A stretch of DNA of 64,000 bases from Antedon mediterranea (Eukaryota; Animalia; Echinodermata), in the NCBI RefSeq assembly GCF_964355755.1, contig NC_092676.1, forward strand, positions 12,882,771 through 12,946,770, in the 5' to 3' direction. Shown here piece by piece: positions 12,476 through 27,600 of this stretch. The notes under the pieces are model-generated. The model did no database searches, was not told the origin of the DNA, and was given only the letters and a program-made list of their open reading frames with translations. Each line of letters begins with the position of its first letter. The stretch's first letter is position 1. A program made the translations under genes and the position numbers.

Positions 12476-15400
12476 AAACATCAAAGTGTACAAAATAGCT
12501 TCAAATCGCATTTGGAGACGTTTTAGACCATTTTGTGCATTTCGATGAAACTTGGTTACACAAAAACATCAAAGTGCTTAAAATCACATTTGAAACCGTT
12601 TTAGACCATTTTGAGCATTTCGATAAAACTTTTCACACAAAAAAATCAAAGTGCACAAAATAGCTTCAAATCGCATTTGGGGACGTTTTAGACTATTTTG
12701 TGCATTTCGAAAAAAATTGTTAACATAAAAAGACCAAAGTGTTTAGAATATCTCCAAATCGCATTTGGAGACGTTTTAAACCATTTTGTGCATTTCGATG
12801 GAACTTGGTTACACAAAAACATCAAAGTGCTTAAAATCACATTTAAAACCGTTTTAGAGCATTTTTAGCATTTCGATAAAACTTTTCACACAAAAACATC
12901 AAAGTGTACAAAATAGCTTCAAATCGCATTTAGAGAGGTTTTAGACAATTTTGTGCATTTCGATAAAACTTTTCACACAAAAACATCAAAGTGTACAAAA
13001 TAGCTTCAAATTGCATTTAGAGACGTTTTAGACCATTTTGTGCATTTCGATAAAACTTTTCACACAAAAACATCAAATTGCACAAAATCGTTTTAAACCA
13101 TTTTAAATCGTTTTAAACCATTTTGAGCATGTCGATAAAACTTTTCACAAAAAACATCAAAGTGCACAGAATAGCTTCAAATTGCATTTGGAGACGTTTT
13201 AGAGCATTTTGTGCATTTCGATAAAATGTGTTAACATAAAAAGACCAAAGTGTTTAGAATATCTTCAAATCACATTTGGAGACGTTTTAGACCATTTTTT
13301 GCATTTCGATGAAACTTGGTTACACAAAAACATCAAAGTGCTTAAAATCACATTTGAAACCGTTTTAGAGCATTTTGAGCATTTCGATAAAACTTTTCAC
13401 ACAAAAACATCAAAGTGTACAAAATAGCTTCAAATCGCATTTAGAGACGTTTTAGACCATTTTTTGCATTTCGATGAAACTTGGTTACACAAAAACATCA
13501 AAGTGCTTAAAATCACATTTAAAACCGTTTTAGAGCATTTTTAGCATTTCGATAAAACTTTTCACACAAAAACATCAAAGTGTACAAAATAGCTTCAAAT
13601 CGCATTTAGAGAGGTTTTAGACAATTTTGTGCATTTCGATAAAACTTTTCACAAAAAACATCAAAGTGCACAGAATAGCTTCAAATTGCATTTGGAGACG
13701 TTTTAGAGCATTTTGTGCATTTCGATAAAATGTGTTAACATAAAAAGACCAAAGTGTTTAGAATATCTTCAAATCACATTTGGAGACGTTTTAGACCATT
13801 TTTTGCATTTCGATGAAACTTGGTTACACAAAAACATCAAAGTGCTTAAAATCACATTTGAAACCGTTTTAGAGCATTTTGAGCATTTCGATAAAACTTT
13901 TCACACAAAAACATCAAAGTGTACAAAATAGCTTCAAATCGCATTTAGAGACGTTTTAGACCATTTTGTGCATTTCGAAAAAATTTGTTAACATAAAAAG
14001 ACCAAAGTGTTTAGAATATCTCCAAATCGCATTTGGAGACGTTTTAGACCATTTTGTGCATTTCGATGAAACTTGGTTACACAAAAACATCAAAGTGCTT
14101 AAAATCACATTTGAAACCGTTTTAGAGCATTTTTAGCATTTCGATAATACTTTTCACACAAAAACATCAAAGTGTACAAAATAGCTTCAAATCGCATTTG
14201 GAGACGTTTTAGACCATTTTGTGCATTTCGATGAAACTTGGTTACACAAAAACATCAAAGTGCTTAAAATCACATTTGAAACCGTTTTAGACCATTTTGA
14301 GCATTTCGATAAAACTTTTCACACAAAAAAATCAAAGTGCACAAAATAGCTTCAAATCGCATTTGGAGACGTTTTAGACTATTTTGTGCATTTTGAAAAA
14401 ATGTGTTAACATAAAAAGACCAAAGTGTTTAGAATATCTCCAAATCGCATTTGGAGACGTTTTAAACCATTTTGTGCATTTCGATGGAACTTGGTTACAC
14501 AAAAACATCAAAGTGCTTAAAATCACATTTAAAACCGTTTTAGAGCATTTTGAGCATTTCGATAAAACTTTTCACACAAAAACATAAAAGTGTACAAAAT
14601 AGCTTCAAATCGCATTTAGAGATGTTTTAGACCATTTTGTGCATTTCGATGAAACTCATCAAAGTGCTTAAAATCACATTTGAAACCGTTTTAGAGCATT
14701 TTGAGCATTTCGATAAAACTTTTCACACAAAAACATCAAAGTGTACAAAATAGCTTCAAATCACATTTGAAACCGTTTTAGACCATATTGAGCATTTCGA
14801 TAAAACTTTTCACACAAAAACATCTTAGTGTACAAAATAGCTTCAAAGCGCATTTGGAGACGTTTTAGACCATTTTGTGTATTTCGATGAAACTTGGTTA
14901 CACAAAAACATCAAAGTGCTTAAAATCACATTTGAAAGCGTTTTAGAGCATTTTTAGCATTTCGATAATACTTTTCACACAAAAACATCAAAGTGTACAA
15001 AATAGCTTCAAATCGCATTTGGAGACGTTTTAGACCATTTTGTGCATTTCGATGAAACTTGGTTACACAAAAACATCAAAGTGCTTAAAATCACATTTAA
15101 AACAGTTTTAGAGCATTTTGAGCATTTCGATAAAACTTTTCACACAAAAACATCAAAGTGTACAAAATAGCTTCAAATCGCATTTAAAGAGGTTTTAGAC
15201 CATTTTGTGCATTTCGATAAAACTTTTCACACAAAAACATCAAAGTGTACAAAATAGCTTCAAATCGCATTTAGAGACGTTTTAGACCATCTTGTGTATT
15301 TCGATAAAACTTTTCACACAAAAACATCAAATTGCACAAAATAGCTTAATATCGTGTTTGAAAACGTTTTAAACCATTTTGAGCAAGTCGATAAAACTTT

Positions 15401-18400
15401 TCACACAAAAATATCAAAGTGCACAGAATATCTTCAAATCGCATTTAGAGACGTTTTAGACCATTTTGTGCATTTCGAAAAAATTTGTTAACATAAAAAG
15501 ACCAAAGTGTTTAGAATATCTCCAAATCGGATTTGGAGACGTTTTAGACCATTTTGTGCATTTCAATGAAACTTGGTTACACAAAAACATCAAAGTGCTT
15601 AAAATCACATTTGAAACCGTTTTAGAGCATTTTTAGCATTTCGATAATACTTTTCACACAAAAACATCAAAGTGTAGAAAATAGCTTCAAATCGCATTTA
15701 GAGAGGTTTTAGACCATTTTGTGCATTTCGATAAAACTTTTCACACAAAAACATCAAAGTGTACAAAATAGCTTCAAATCGCATTTAGAGACGTTTTAGA
15801 CCATTTTGTGCATTTCGATAAAACTTTTCACACAAAAACATCAAATTGCACAAAATAGCTTAATACCGTGTTTGAAATCGTTTTAAACCATTTTGAGCAT
15901 GTCGATAAAACTTTTCACAAAAAAACATCAAAGTGCACAGAATAGCTTCAAATCGCATTTGGAGACGTTTTAAACCATTTTGAGCATTTCGATAAAACTT
16001 TTCACACAAAAACATCAAAGTGTACAAAATAGCTTCAAATCGCATTTAGAGAGGTTTTAGACCATTTTGTGCATTTCGATAAAACTTTTCACACAAAAAC
16101 ATCAAATTGCACAAAATAGCTTAATATCGTGTTTGAAAACGTTTTAAACCATTTTGAGCATGTCGATAAAACTTTTCACACAAAAATATCAAAGCGCATA
16201 GAATATCTTCAAATCGCATTTAGAGACGTTTTAGACCATTTTGTGCATTTCGAAAAAATTTGTTAACATAAAAAGACCAAAGTGTTTAGAATATCTCCAA
16301 ATCGCATTTGGAGACGTTTTAGACCATTTTGTGCATTTCGATGAAACTTGATTACACAAAAACATCAAAGTGCTTAAAATCACATTTAAAACCGTTTTAG
16401 AGCGTTTTGAGCATTTCGATAAACTTTTCACACAAAAACATCAAAGTGCACAAAATAGCTTCAAATCGCATTTAGAGATGTTTTAGACCATTTTGTGCAT
16501 TTCGATAAAACTTTTCACACAAAAACATCAAATTGCACAAAATAGCTTAATATCGTGTTTGAAATCGTTTTAAACCATTTTGAGCATGTCGATAAAACTT
16601 TTCACACAAAAACATCAAAGTGCACAGAATATCTTCAAATCGCATTTAGAGACGTTTTAGACCATTTTGTGCATTTCGAAAAAATTTGTTAACATAAAAA
16701 GACCAAAGTGTTTAGCATATCTCCAAATCGCATTTGGAGACGTTTTAGACCATTTTGTGCATTTCGATGAAACTTGGTTACACAAAAACATCAAAGTGCT
16801 TAAAATCACATTTGAAACCGTTTTAGAGCATTTTGAGCATTTCGATAAAACTTTTCACACAAAAACATCAAAGTGTACAAAATAGCTTCAAATCACATTT
16901 GAAACCGTTTTAGACCATTTTGAGCATTTCGATAAAACTTTTCACACAAAAACATCAAAGTGTACAAAATAGCTTCAAATCGCATTTGGAGACGTTTTAG
17001 ACCATTTTGTGCATTTCGATGAAACTTGGTTACACAAAAACATCAAAGTGCTTAAAATCACATTTGAAACCGTTTTAGACCATTTTGAGCATTTCGATAA
17101 AACTTTTCACACAAAAAAATCAAAGTGCACAAAATAGCTTCAAATCGCATTTGGAGACGTTTTAGACTATTTTGTGCATTTCGAAAAAATTTGTTAACAT
17201 AAAAAGACCAAAGTGTTTAGAATATCTCCAAATCGCATTTGGAGACGTTTTAAACCATTTTGTGCATTTCGATAGAACTTGGTTACACAAAAACATCAAA
17301 GTGCTTAAAATCACATTTAAAACCGTTTTAGAGCATTTTGAGCATTTCGATAAAACTTTTCACACAAAAACATCAAAGTGTACAAAATAGCTTCAAATCG
17401 CATTTAGAGACGTTTTAGACCATTTTGTGCATTTTGATAAAACTTTTCACACAAAAACATCAAATTGCACAAAATAGCTTAATATTGTGTTTGAAAACGT
17501 TTTAAACCATTTTGAGCATGTCGATAAAACTTTTCACACAAAAATATCAAAGTGCCCAGAATATCTTCAAATCGCATTTAGAGACGTTTTAGACCATTTT
17601 GTGCATTTCGAAAAAATTTGTTAACATAAAAAGACCAAAGTGTTTAGAATATCTCCAAATCGCATTTGGAGACGTTTTAGACCATTTTGTGTTTTTCGAA
17701 AAAACTTTTCACACAAAAACATCAAAGTGTACAAAATTGCTTCAAATCGCATTTAGAGAGGTTTTAGACCATTTTGTGCATTTCGATAAAACTTTTCACA
17801 CAAAAACATCAAAGTGCACAGAATATCTTAATACCGTGTCTGAAATCGTTTTAAACCATTTTGAGCATGTCGATAAAACTTTTCACACAAAAACATCAAA
17901 GTGCACAGAATATCTTCAAATCGCATTTAGAGACGTTTTAGACCATTTTGTGCATTTCGAAAAAATTTGTTAACATAAAAAGACCAAAGTGTTTAGAATA
18001 TCTCCAAATCGCATTTGGAGACGTTTTAGACCATTTTGTGCATTTCGATGAAACTTGGTTACACAAAAACATCAAAGTGCTTAAAATCACATTTGAAACC
18101 GTTTTAGAGCATTTTGAGCATTTCGATAAAACTTTTCACACAAAAACATCAAAGTGTACAAAATAGCTTCAAATCACATTTGAAACCGTTTTAGACCATT
18201 TTGAGCATTTCGATAAAACTTTTCACACAAAAACATCAAAGTGTACAGAATAGCTTCAAATCGCATTTGGAGACGTTTTAGACCATTTTGTGCATTTCGA
18301 TGAAACTTGGTTACACAAAAACATCAAAGTGCTTAAAATCACATTTGAAACCGTTTTAGAGCATTTTTAACATTTCGATAATACTTTTCACACAAAAACA

Positions 18401-21400
18401 TCAAAGTGTACAAAATAGCTTCAAATCGCATTTGGAGACGTTTTAGACCATTTTGTGCATTTCGATGAAACTTGGTTACACAAAAACATCAAAGTGCTTA
18501 AAATCACATTTGAAACCGTTTTAGAGCATTTTGAGCATTTCGATAAAACTTTTCACACAAAAAAATCAAAGTGCACAAAATAGCTTCAAATCGCATTTGG
18601 AGAGGTTTTAGACCATTTTGTGCATTTCGATAAAACTTTTCACACAAAAACATCAAAGTGTACAAAATAGCTTCAAATCGCATTTAGAGACGTTTTAGAC
18701 CATTTTGTGCATTTCGATGAAACTTGGTTACACAAAAACATCAAAGTGCTTAAAATCACATTTAAAACCGTTTTAGAGCGTTTTGAGCATTTCGATAAAC
18801 TTTTTACACAAAAACATCAAAGTGCACAAAATAGCTTCAAATCGCATTTAGGGATGTTTTAGACCATTTTGTGCATTTCGATAAAACTTTTCACACAAAA
18901 ACATCAAATTGCACAAAATAGCTTAATACCGTGTTTGAAATCATTTTAAACCATTTTGAGCATGTCGATAAAACTTTTCACACAAAAACATCAAAGTGCA
19001 CAGAATATCTTCAAATCGCATTTAGAGACGTTTTAGACCATTTTGTGCATTTCGAAAAAATTTGTTAACATAAAAAGACCAAAGTGTTTAGAATATCTCC
19101 AAATCGCATTTGGAGACGTTTTAGACCATTTTGTGCATTTCGATGAAAATTGGTTACACAAAAACATCAAAGTGCTTAAAATCACATTTGAAACCGTTTT
19201 AGAGCATTTTGAGCATTTCGATAAAACTTTTCACACAAAAACATCAAAGTGTACAAAATAGCTTCAAATCACATTTGAAACCGTTTTAGACCATTTTGAG
19301 CATTTCGATAAAACTTTTCACACAAAAACATCAAAGTGTACAAAATAGCTTCAAATCGCATTTGGAGACGTTTTAGACCATTTTGTGCATTTCGATGAAA
19401 CTTGGTTACACAAAAACATCAAAGTGCTTAAAATCACATTTAAAACCGTTTTAGAGCATTTTTAGCATTTCGATAAAACTTTTCACACAAAAACATCAAA
19501 GTGTACAAAATAGCTTCAAATCGCATTTAGAGAGGTTTTAGACAATTTTGTGCATTTCGATAAAACTTTTCACACAAAAACATCAAAGTGTACAAAATAG
19601 CTTCAAATTGCATTTAGAGACGTTTTAGACCATTTTGTGCATTTCGATAAAACTTTTCACACAAAAACATCAAATTGCACAAAATCGTTTTAAACCATTT
19701 TAAATCGTTTTAAACCATTTTGAGCATGTCGATAAAACTTTTCACAAAAAACATCAAAGTGCACAGAATAGCTTCAAATTGCATTTGGAGACGTTTTAGA
19801 GCATTTTGTGCATTTCGATAAAATGTGTTAACATAAAAAGACCAAAGTGTTTAGAATATCTTCAAATCACATTTGGAGACGTTTTAGACCATTTTTTGCA
19901 TTTCGATGAAACTTGGTTACACAAAAACATCAAAGTGCTTAAAATCACATTTGAAACCGTTTTAGAGCATTTTGAGCATTTCGATAAAACTTTTCACACA
20001 AAAACATCAAAGTGTACAAAATAGCTTCAAATCGCATTTAGAGACGTTTTAGACCATTTTTTGCATTTCGATGAAACTTCTCACACAAAAACATCAAAGT
20101 GTACAAAATAGCTTCAAATTGCATTTAGAGACGTTTTAGACCATTTTGTGCATTTCGATAAAACTTTTCACACAAAAACATCAAATTGCACAAAATCGTT
20201 TTAAACCATTTTAAATCGTTTTAAACCATTTTGAGCATTTCGATAAAACTTTTCACAAAAAACATCAAAGTGTTTAGAATATCTTCAAATCACATTTGGA
20301 GACGTTTTAGACCATTTTTTGCATTTCGAGTAAACTTGGTTACACAAAAACATCAAAGTGCTTAAAATCACATTTGAAACCGTTTTAGAGCATTTTGAGC
20401 ATTTCGATAAAACTTTTCACACAAAAACATCAAAGTGTACAAAATAGCTTCAAATCGCATTTAGAGACGTTTTAGACCATTTTGTGCATTTCGAAAAAAT
20501 TTGTTAACATAAAAAGACCAAAGTGTTTAGAATATCTCCAAATCGCATTTGGAGACGTTTTAGACCATTTTGTGCATTTCGATGAAACTTGGTTACACAA
20601 AAACATCAAAGTGCTTAAAATCACATTTGAAACCGTTTTAGAGCATTTTTAGCATTTCGATAATACTTTTCACACAAAAACATCAAAGTGTACAAAATAG
20701 CTTCAAATCGCATTTGGAGACGTTTTAGACCATTTTGTGCATTTCGATGAAACTTGGTTACACAAAAACATCAAAGTGCTTAAAATCACATTTGAAACCG
20801 TTTTAGACCATTTTGAGCATTTCGATAAAACTTTTCACACAAAAAAATCAAAGTGCACAAAATAGCTTCAAATCGCATTTGGAGACGTTTTAGACTATTT
20901 TGTGCATTTTGAAAAAATTTGTTAACATAAAAAGACCAAAGTGTTTAGAATATCTCCAAATCGCATTTGGAGACGTTTTAAACCATTTTGTGCATTTCGA
21001 TGGAACTTGGTTACACAAAAACATCAAAGTGCTTAAAATCACATTTAAAACCGTTTTAGAGCATTTTGAGCATTTCGATAAAACTTTTCACACAAAAACA
21101 TCAAAGTGTACAAAATAGCTTCAAATCGCATTTAGAGAGGTTTTAGACCATTTTGTGCATTTCGATAAAACTTTTCACACAAAAACATCAAAGTGTACAA
21201 AATAGCTTCAAATCGCATTTAGAGACGTTTTAGACCATTTTGTGCATTTCGATAAAACTTTTCACACAAAAACATCAAATTGCACAAAATAGCTTAATAC
21301 CGTGTTTGAAATCGTTTTAAACCATTTTGAGCATGTCGATAAAACTTTTCACAAAAAAACATCAAAGTGCACAGAATAGCTTCAAATCGCATTTGGAGAC

Positions 21401-21687
21401 GTTTTAAACCATTTTGAGCATTTCGATAAAACTTTTCACACAAAAACATCAAAGTGTACAAAATAGCTTCAAATCGCATTTAGAGAGGTTTTAGACCATT
21501 TTGTGCATTTCGATAAAACTTTTCACACAAAAACATCAAATTGCACAAAATAGCCTAATATCGTGTTTGAAAACGTTTTAAACCATTTTGAGCATGTCGA
21601 TAAAACTTTTCACACAAAAATATCAAAGCGCACAGAATATCTTCAAATCGCATTTAGAGACGTTTTAGACCATTTTGTGCATTTCGA
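12476..21687 (+). repeat. ~9.2-kb block, copy 1 of 4 (others 27638-36849, 38640-47851, 57795->64000 truncated)
   Basis: Same ORF series at offsets +15162, +26164 and +45319 (13209/28371/39373/58528; 17599/32761/43763/62918). Block-specific markers: CATCTTAGTG, CAAAGCGCATTTGG, GAGCAAGTCG, AAATCGGATT, GTGTAGAAAA, TTTAGCATATC. Confidence 0.93.
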
Positions 21688-24600
21688 AAAAATTTGTTAA
21701 CATAAAAAGACCAAAGTGTTTAGAATATCTCCAAATCGCATTTGGAGACGTTTTAGACCATTTTGTGCATTTCGATGAAACTTGGTTACACAAAAACATC
21801 AAAGTGCTTAAAATCACATTTAAAACCGTTTTAGAGCGTTTTGAGCATTTCGATAAACTTTTCACACAAAAACATCAAAGTGCACAAAATAGCTTCAAAT
21901 CGCATTTAGAGATGTTTTAGACCATTTTGTGCATTTCGATAAAACTTTTCACACAAAAACATCAAATTGCACAAAATAGCTTAATACCGTGTTTGAAATC
22001 GTTTTAAACCATTTTGAGCATGTCGATAAAACTTTTCACACAAAAACATCAAAGTGTACAAAATAGCTTCAAATCGCATTTAGAGAGGTTTTAGACCATT
22101 TTGTGCATTTCGATAAAACTTTTCACACAAAAACATCAAAGTGTACAAAATAGCTTCAAATCGCATTTGGAGACGTTTTAGACCATTTTGTGCATTTCGA
22201 TGAAACTTGGTTACACAAAAACATCAAAGTGCTTAAAATTACATTTGAAAGCGTTTTAGAGCATTTTGAGCATTTCGATAATACTTTTCACACAAAAACA
22301 TCAAAGTGTACAAAATAGCTTCAAATCGCATTTGGAGACGTTTTAGACCATTTTGTGCATTTCGATGAAACTTGGTTACACAAAAACATCAAAGTGCTTA
22401 AAATCACATTTGAAACCGTTTTAGACCATTTTGAGCGTTTCGATAAAACTTTTCACACAAAAACATCAAAGTGCACAAAATAGCTTCAAATCGCATTTGG
22501 AGACGTTTTAGACTATTTTGTGCATTTCGAAAAAATTTGTTAACATAAAAAGACCAAAGTGTTTAGAATATCTCCAAATCGCATTTGGAAACGTTTTAAA
22601 CCATTTTGTGCATTTCGATTGAACTTGGTTACACAAAAACATCAAAGTGCTTAAAATCACATTTAAAACCGTTTTAGAGCATTTTGAGCATTTCGATAAA
22701 ACTTTTCACACAAAAACATCAAAGTGTACAAAATAGCTTCAAATCGCATTTAGAGACGTTTTAGACCATTTTGTGCATTTTGTTAAAACTTTTCACACAA
22801 AAACATCAAATTGCACAAAATAGCTTAATATTGTGTTTGAAAACGTTTTAAACCATTTTGAGCATGTCGATAAAACTTTTCACACAAAAATATCAAAGTG
22901 CCCAGAATATCTTCAAATCGCATTTAGAGACGTTTTAGACCATTTTGTGCATTTCGAAAAAATTTGTTAACATAAAAAGACCAAAGTGTTTAGATTATCT
23001 CCAAATCGCATTAGGAGACGTTTTAGACCATTTTGTGTTTTTCGAAAAAACTTTTCACACAAAAACATCAAAGTGTACAAAATTGCTTCAAATCGCATTT
23101 AGAGAGGTTTTAGACCATTTTGTGCATTTCGATAAAACTTTTCACACAAAAACATCAAAGTGCACAGAATATCTTAATACCGTGTCTGAAATCGTTTTAA
23201 ACCATTTTGAGCATGTCGATAAAACTTTTCACACAAAAACATCAAAGTGCACAGAATATCTTCAAATCGCATTTAGAGACGTTTTAGACCATTTTGTGCA
23301 TTTCGAAAAAATTTGTTAACATAAAAAGACCAAAGTGTTTAGAATATCTCCAAATCGCATTTGGAGACGTTTTAGACCATTTTGTGCATTTCGATGAAAC
23401 TTGGTTACACAAAAACATCAAAGTGCTTAAAATCACATTTGAAACCGTTTTAGAGCATTTTGAGCATTTCGATAAAACTTTTCACACAAAAACATCAAAG
23501 TGTACAAAATAGCTTCAAATCACATTTGAAACCGTTTTAGACCATTTTGAGCATTTCGATAAAACTTTTCACACAAAAACATCAAAGTGTACAGAATAGC
23601 TTCAAATCGCATTTGGAGACGTTTTAGACCATTTTGTGCATTTCGATGAAACTTGGTTACACAAAAACATCAAAGTGCTTAAAATCACATTTGAAACCGT
23701 TTTAGAGCATTTTTAACATTTCGATAATACTTTTCACACAAAAACATCAAATTGCACAAAATAGCTTCAAATCACATTTGGAGACGTTTTAGACCATTTT
23801 GTGCATTTCGATGAAACTTGGTTACACAAAAACATCAAAGTGCTTAAAATCACATTTGAAACCGTTTTAGAGCATTTTGAGCATTTCGATAAAACTTTTC
23901 ACACAAAAAAATCAAACTGCACAAAATAGCTTCAAATCGTATTTGGAGAGGTTTTAGACCATTTTGTGCATTTCGATAAAACTTTTCACACAAAAACATC
24001 AAAGTGTACAAAATAGCTTCAAATCGCATTTAGAGACGTTTTAGACCATTTTGTGCATTTCGATAAAACTTTTCACACAAAAACATCAAAGTGCTTAAAA
24101 TCACATTTGAAACCGTTTTAGAGCATTTTTAACATTTCGATAATACTTTTCACACAAAAACATCAAAGTGTACAAAATAGCTTCAAATCACATTTGAAAC
24201 CGTTTTAGACCATATTGAGCATTTCGATAAAACTTTTCACACAAAAACATCAAAGTGTACAAAATAGCTTCAAATCGCATTTGGAGACGTTTTAGACCAT
24301 TTTGTGCATTTCGATGAAACTTGGTTACACAAAAACATCAAAGTGCTTAAAATCACATTTGAAAGCGTTTTAGAGCATTTTTAGCATTTCGATAATACTT
24401 TTCACACAAAAACATCAAAGTGCACAAAATAGCTTCAAATCGCATTTAGAGATGTTTTAGACCATTTTGTGCATTTCGATAAAACTTTTCACACAAAAAC
24501 ATCAAATTGCACAAAATAGCTTAATACCGTGTTTGAAATCATTTTAAACCATTTTGAGCATGTCGATAAAACTTTTCACACAAAAACATCAAAGTGTTTA

Positions 24601-27600
24601 GAATATCTCCAAATCGCATTTGGAGACGTTTTAGACCATTTTGTGCATTTCGATGAAACTTGGTTAAACAAAAACATCAAAGTTCTTAAAATCACATTTG
24701 AAACCGTTTTAGAGCATTTTGAGCATTTCGATAAAACTTTTCAAACAAAAACATCAAAGTGTACAAAATAGCTTCAAATCACATTTGAAACCGTTTTAGA
24801 CCATTTTGAGCATTTCGATAAAACTTTTCACACAAAAACATCAAAGTGTACAAAATAGCTTCAAATCGCATTTGGAGACGTTTTAGACCATTTTGTGCAT
24901 TTCGATGAAACTTGGTTACACAAAAACATCAAAGTGCTTAAAATCACATTTGAAACCGTTTTAGAGCATTTTTAGCATTTCGATAATACTTTTCACACAA
25001 AACATCAAAGTGTACAAAATAGCTTCAAATCGCATTTGGAGACGTTTTAGACCATTTTGTGCATTTCGATGAAACTTGGTTACACAAAAACATCAAAGTG
25101 CTTAAAATCACATTTGAAACCGTTTTAGACCATTTTGAGCATTTCGATAAAACTTTTCACACAAAAAAATCAAAGTGCACAAAATAGCTTCAAATCGCAT
25201 TTGGGGACGTTTTAGACTATTTTGTGCATTTCGAAAAAAATTGTTAACATAAAAAGACCAAAGTGTTTAGAATATCTCCAAATCGCATTTGGAGACGTTT
25301 TAAACCATTTTGTGCATTTCGATGGAACTTGGTTACACAAAAACATCAAAGTGCTTAAAATCACATTTAAAACCGTTTTAGAGCATTTTTAGCATTTCGA
25401 TAAAACTTTTCACACAAAAACATCAAAGTGTACAAAATAGCTTCAAATCGCATTTAGAGAGGTTTTAGACAATTTTGTGCATTTCGATAAAACTTTTCAC
25501 ACAAAAACATCAAAGTGTACAAAATAGCTTCAAATCGCATTTGGAGACGTTTTAGACCATTTTGTGTATTTCGATGAAACTTGGTTACACAAAAACATCA
25601 AAGTGCTTAAAATCACATTTGAAAGCGTTTTAGAGCATTTTTAGCATTTCGATAATACTTTTCACACAAAAACATCAAAGTGTACAAAATAGCTTCAAAT
25701 CGCATTTGGAGACGTTTTAGACCATTTTGTGCATTTCGATGAAACTTGGTTACACAAAAACATCAAAGTGCTTAAAATCACATTTAAAACAGTTTTAGAG
25801 CATTTTGAGCATTTCGATAAAACTTTTCACACAAAAACATCAAAGTGTACAAAATAGCTTCAAATCGCATTTAAAGAGGTTTTAGACCATTTTGTGCATT
25901 TCGATAAAACTTTTCACACAAAAACATCAAAGTGTACAAAATAGCTTCAAATCGCATTTAGAGACATTTTAGACCATCTTGTGCATTTCGATAAAACTTT
26001 TCACACAAAAACATCAAATTGCACAAAATAGCTTAATATCGTGTTTGAAAACGTTTTAAACCATTTTGAGCATGTCGATAAAACTTTTCACACAAAAATA
26101 TCAAAGTGCACAGAATATCTTCAAATCGCATTTAGAGACGTTTTAGACCATTTTGTGCATTTCGAAAAAATTTGTTAACATAAAAAGACCAAAGTGTTTA
26201 GAATATCTCCAAATCGCATTTGGAGACGTTTTAGACCATTTTGTGCATTTCAATGAAACTTGGTTACACAAAAACATCAAAGTGCTTAAAATCACATTTG
26301 AAACCGTTTTAGAGCATTTTTAGCATTTCGATAATACTTTTCACACAAAAACATCAAAGTGTACAAAATAGCTTCAAATCGCATTTAGTGAGGTTTTAGA
26401 CCATTTTGTGCATTTCGATAAAACTTTTCACACAAAAACATCAAAGTGTACAAAATAGCTTCAAATCGCATTTAGAGACGTTTTAGACCATTTTGTGCAT
26501 TTCGATAAAACTTTTCACACAAAAACATCAAATTGCACAAAATAGCTTAATACCGTGTTTGAAATCGTTTTAAACCATTTTGAGCATGTCGATAAAACTT
26601 TTCACAAAAAAAACATCAAAGTGCACAGAATAGCTTCAAATCGCATTTGGAGACGTTTTAAACCATTTTGAGCATTTCGATAAAACTTTTCACACAAAAA
26701 CATCAAAGTGTACAAAATAGCTTCCAATCGCATTTAGAGAGGTTTTAGACCATTTTGTGCATTTCGATAAAACTTTTCACACAAAAACATCAAATTGCAC
26801 AAAATAGCTTAATATCGTGTTTGAAAACGTTTTAAACCATTTTGAGCATGTCGATAAAACTTTTCACACAAAAATATCAAAGCGCACAGAATATCTTTAA
26901 ATCGCATTTAGAGACGTTTTAGACCATTTTGTGCATTTCGAAAAAATTTGTTAACATAAAAAGACCAAAGTGTTTAGAATATCTCCAAATCGCATTTGGA
27001 GACGTTTTAGACCATTTTGTGCATTTCGATGAAACTTGATTACACAAAAACATCAAAGTGCTTAAAATCACATTTAAAACCGTTTTAGAGCGTTTTGAGC
27101 ATTTCGATAAACTTTTCACACAAAAACATCAAAGTGCACAAAATAGCTTCAAATCGCATTTAGAGATGTTTTAGACCATTTTGTGCATTTCGATAAAACT
27201 TTTCACACAAAAACATCAAATTGCACAAAATAGCTTAATATCGTGTTTGAAATCGTTTTAAACCATTTTGAGCATGTCGATAAAACTTTTCACACAAAAA
27301 CATCAAAGTGCACAAAATATCTTCAAATCGCATTTAGAGACGTTTTAGACCATTTTGTGCATTTCGAAAAAATTTGTTAACATAAAAAGACCAAAGTGTT
27401 TAGAATATCTCCAAATCGCATTTGGAGACGTTTTAGACCATTTTGTGCATTTCGATGTAACTTGGTTACACAAAAACATCAAAGTGCTTAAAATCACATT
27501 TGAAACCGTTTTAGAGCATTTTGAGCATTTCGATGAAACTTTTCACACAAAAACATCAAAGTGTACAAAATAGCTTCAAATCACATTTGAAACCGTTTTA

